This document shows, one piece after another, positions 60,500 to 64,000 of a stretch of DNA of 64,000 bases. Made by a program: the position numbers and the translations under genes. The DNA is taken from the NCBI GenBank assembly GCA_036172245.1, contig JAYWIR010000015.1, forward strand, positions 186,001 to 250,000, in the 5' to 3' direction. The DNA comes from Raillietiella orientalis. Lineage: Eukaryota. Position 1 is the stretch's first letter. Each line of letters opens with the position of its first letter. The notes under the pieces were generated by a model. That model saw only the letters and a program-made list of their open reading frames with translations, was not told the origin of the DNA and did not search any database.

Positions 60500-63400
60500 C
60501 CGTACAGAAGAGCGGCTATTGGATGCTCTCCCTGCGAAAGATTGGAGTGGAGGACACGAAGGATGCCGGATCCTTCGATTCCTCGAAGGAGTCGCCTAGG
60601 AGCGATCGGATTCAGACTTCTCCGGTTACCTTATTTCCGGAGGAAGAGCAGCAAGTTCTAGATGGACTCCCGAACGGACGGGGGTGGGGGAAGGACGAAT
60701 ACCGACCCTCTCTGGGCGTTCTTCTTCCACGAGAATGGAAAGAGTTCAGGAGCAGGGACGATCTGGCGGAAGATTGGAAGGAGATTTCCCTTCAGCCTTC
60801 TGCCAGATCTTCCTCGACCTCGTCGTTTGACCTCCAGGAGCACAGGGAAAGGGTCCACTCCTTTGGGCACAAGGGGAAGAAGAGGTTCTTTATTTGGGCA
60901 TCCTTGCCCCACATGGTAACAGCAAAGAGAAGAGCGCACCAGTCCCTCAGAGAAAGCGTCACCGAGACGAGGGCATCAGAACATTCAGGCAGTCTGTCTG
61001 CGGGAGGGTCGCCTGGACACGGTGCAGTGACAGTCTGAGCTTTCAGAGACTCGGGCGGAATCAAGTGTGGAAGACTCCCCAGAAACCTTTTGCGACTCCA
61101 TTAGGTAAGGTCTTCAGGGAAGTAAGACCTTCCATCTTTCGAGATGTTTCTCTCCCACTCCATGGAGGACTTGTTCAGCTCCTCGTCGCTTCACAATCTT
61201 CCCCCTTCCCATTGAAAAAAAGAAGAAAAAAGAGAACGGCACCTCTTGATGTGAGAGCGGCATTGCTGTTCGAGAAAAATAAGGAGGAAGACACGGAGAC
61301 CGCTGCCTTCCTCCAGAGAACCTCGAGACCTTTTCCCGTCCACCACGCCCATCCGGCTTCCCGAATGAGTCCGACTCTCCTGTTCGAACTCTCCTCCTCT
61401 TCCGGTTGCATCTCGGAGAAGAGCGCTTGGAGAAGCTGGAGGAATCTGCTCGGGAAGGGGAGGTTCGGGAACGCGAACATTAAAGGCTGGAGACCGAGAT
61501 CTGGTGCTGAGGTAACTCCCAGGAGCCGCTCGCGCGGACGCACCGAGTGGAGCTTTCTCGTGAAGCTCCTGGAACTCCATCCCTCTCCGCCGAAGATGCA
61601 GTGGCGCCATTCCTTGCGCTCTTAGCTCGGTGCTTCCGGAATGATGGAGCGTCTGGCCCCGAGATCGCCCGATTCGACTTCGGCACTGGTCGCCTGGAAA
61701 GTCAACGCCGAATGGTGAGAGAAACGAGGTCCGCAGTTCACCTTAGAGAAGAGAAGACTTCCTTTCTTCCTTGGAAGCACAGGGTCATTTCTCAAGATGT
61801 TTCCGGGTAGCTCCGCGGCTCTCTTAAAGTTCAGGCACGGAGAAGGCTCTAGAAAGAACTAAGGCAGGGAACGCCCGCTCCTGGGATCTTGAGGATGGCT
61901 GCGCTCCCTCCCGACCACCCGAAAGACACGTCCTCCTCCCTCGTCCTCCCTTTTTTATCCTTCCCCCCCATCCGCTTCCTTTTCTTCTGGACAAAAGCTC
62001 CGCGTTGGTAGGCCGTCGCCTTTAGGGAAGTCTGGATCCCGCGGAGCGTCGGGATGGCGAGACTGCTTCAGAAAGGAAGAGGCCCACGGGGCGGAGGGAA
62101 AGGACGAAGACGGCGCCATCTCCCGCGGTGGAGGCCGGTTCCGGAGAGAGGGCGTCTGGGAAGGCTCCATGGGGAGAGTAGCGCTCCACTTCAGGAGGGA
62201 CGGCCGTCCCTCCTGGAACTTCCGTTCCCGCAGTTCGGGATCGCTCTCTCCCTCTACGTATAGCCGCCATGAATGATCGCCTTCGCCCTGCTTCCTCAGG
62301 GAAATTGCCGGCGTCTTCGGCGCGCTCCAGAAGAGAGAGAGGGGTGAAGGTGGAAACAGAAACGCAGGTGCTGCTAAAAGCTAGCTTGGTGATGCGAGCG
62401 AAGGTTGGGCAGAGAGGAGCGAACGTGATCCTTTTGAGAGGAAGAGCCGATGGCACCCGCAGGACAACATACGATCGCGCGCGCGCCTTGCGCTCTGCCC
62501 AGAATGCGGCATCTTCCCGGTGAGGAACCGAGCCAGGATCCACCGCTTCCCTCCGCGAACACGGATCTTTTTCTTCACTTCCTCATTCCTCCATGAGGGA
62601 GAGAGGAACTTTCGCCGTCCAGAAATTGACCGTGTCCTCGCGATCAGCTCATGGGAAGAGCTCAGTCATCGCTCTGCCGGCGGTTGCTTGTCCGAGCAAT
62701 GACGCCCTGAGGTCTGCTGCCCTTCGCCCTTCCGCATTCTCGGGGTCCGCGTCTGCGGCCTTGCGGCTATGGTTTCGCTCGTGACACCAAGAGTAAAGGA
62801 TTCGAATCCCCACGTGGAGGATCGACGCCGAGAGAAATGGGTGTATCGCTGGTTTCGAGCTCCCCCCGCTGGATGCCTCTGATTGACCTATCCGGGAGCA
62901 GCATGGTGGAAGTCGGATACCCCGATCATATGGTCGGGATTGGAAGTTGACCCTCCAAATCAAGGAGCCAGTTTTCTTCGGAGTTCCCCTCCGGTTGTGA
63001 AAGTGCAGCCATTGCCCTCCCCTTCCCTTGGAGGGGGACCGTCCGTCGCTTGCCACAGAGATGGTGGATGTACACCCCTCCAGAGCGTGGAGAGCACTCT
63101 GCTCGCTTCGGGCAACGTCCTTCGAAGAAATTTGGAAGCGTCCCTTCGGGGTTCTCTTCAGAGGAGGAAACCAGGAGCGAATTCTTCCCGTTGGGTCCCT
63201 CCAGGAAAGAAATGAGGAGTGGTTCCCATCAAGGGTGACACCCTCGGGAAAATAAGGGAATGGTTTCCTTCGGGGTTCCCAAACGTAAGAGAGGGAAAGA
63301 ATCCTTCGTCCGGAGTGTTCCTGGATTCATAAGGTGGTCCCTCCAGGGTCACCCCTTAACTCTTGAAGAGTCACACGTACCTAGGGGTGGTGTGGGCAGT

Positions 63401-64000
63401 GTTAAAGAGTTTTGTGAGTCCTCCCTAAGGAAACCAACGTTTCTAAAGTACTTGGCATTGTCGGGGAGGGGAGTTTCCTTCTGCTTTTAGGCTTTTGACT
63501 TCCACTGTGGGCGCGTCCGGCTCCTCTTGTGGTCTTACCGACGCGTCTCGAAGGGCTCTTCCCAACGAACGTAGGCAGGCGCAACTGCTCCTGTCCTTGC
63601 GGCTGACACTCTGCCCCTGGTTTGATGGAGTCTAAAGACCTCAACAGTATAGAGGAGCTTCTGAAGAACGAGGATTCGTAATGGAGAACAGGCCAAAGCT
63701 GCTCGGAGCCCTCTGGGTTTCGAGGATTGGAGCATCCTTCTGGCCATCGAATGGTGCTCCCTCAAAGAGGGATCAGGCCCGAACAAATGGTGAGGAATAC
63801 TGGCAGAGGCTAATTGCCCCTTCAAAGTGCCGCGAACGAAGCCCGCAGCCATGGAAACTGTGATCCTTCGCCTTCCTGAGGAACAGACCCTCGCGGAAAC
63901 TTCCCGAAATGACTTTTGGTGCTTTCGTGACACTGAAAGTCATTTTGGGAACGGCGGCATTGCTTGCGTCCGAACTCCAGGCCCTGAGGAAACGTCGGCT
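60500..64000 (+). pseudogene. Decayed N-terminal region of a second Maverick-type PolB (C2H2-like fingers, family-X copy 3 at about 62745-63460), running off the window end
   Basis: SFDLQEHRERVH (C2H2-like), ALCPECGIF, RLPEEQTL..FWCFRDTES (P...F..DFES). DNA homology to 2890-4700 (reverse complement), e.g. 63361-63456 versus 2897-2991. Confidence 0.45.

Overview
This is eukaryotic, animal-like, gene-poor DNA: a graveyard of heavily decayed transposable elements. I found no intact protein-coding gene, tRNA or CRISPR array, and the long ORFs in the track are mostly off-frame or antisense readings of TE remnants. From by-eye translation across stops and frameshifts, about 0.9-17.2 kb looks like a fossil Maverick/Polinton endogenous virus (protein-primed PolB, two retroviral-type integrases, packaging ATPase, major capsid protein, cysteine protease). 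It is interrupted by an L1/Tx1 3' fragment, a CRE-like retroelement and a Tc1/mariner fragment. The rest holds several decayed LINEs, hAT-like and Gypsy remnants, a degenerate 28S rRNA fragment, and a second Maverick-PolB-like segment at the right end. Directly visible oddities are an 814-bp duplication with only 2 mismatches (3005-3818 / 32595-33408), a 729-bp unit with a tRNA-like head flanked by a perfect 16-bp direct repeat (51786-52546) that is homologous to the PolB-associated segments, and several perfect hairpins with 4-nt loops. Protein-family calls are motif matches made by eye on degenerate sequence, boundaries are approximate, and all need profile-HMM confirmation.
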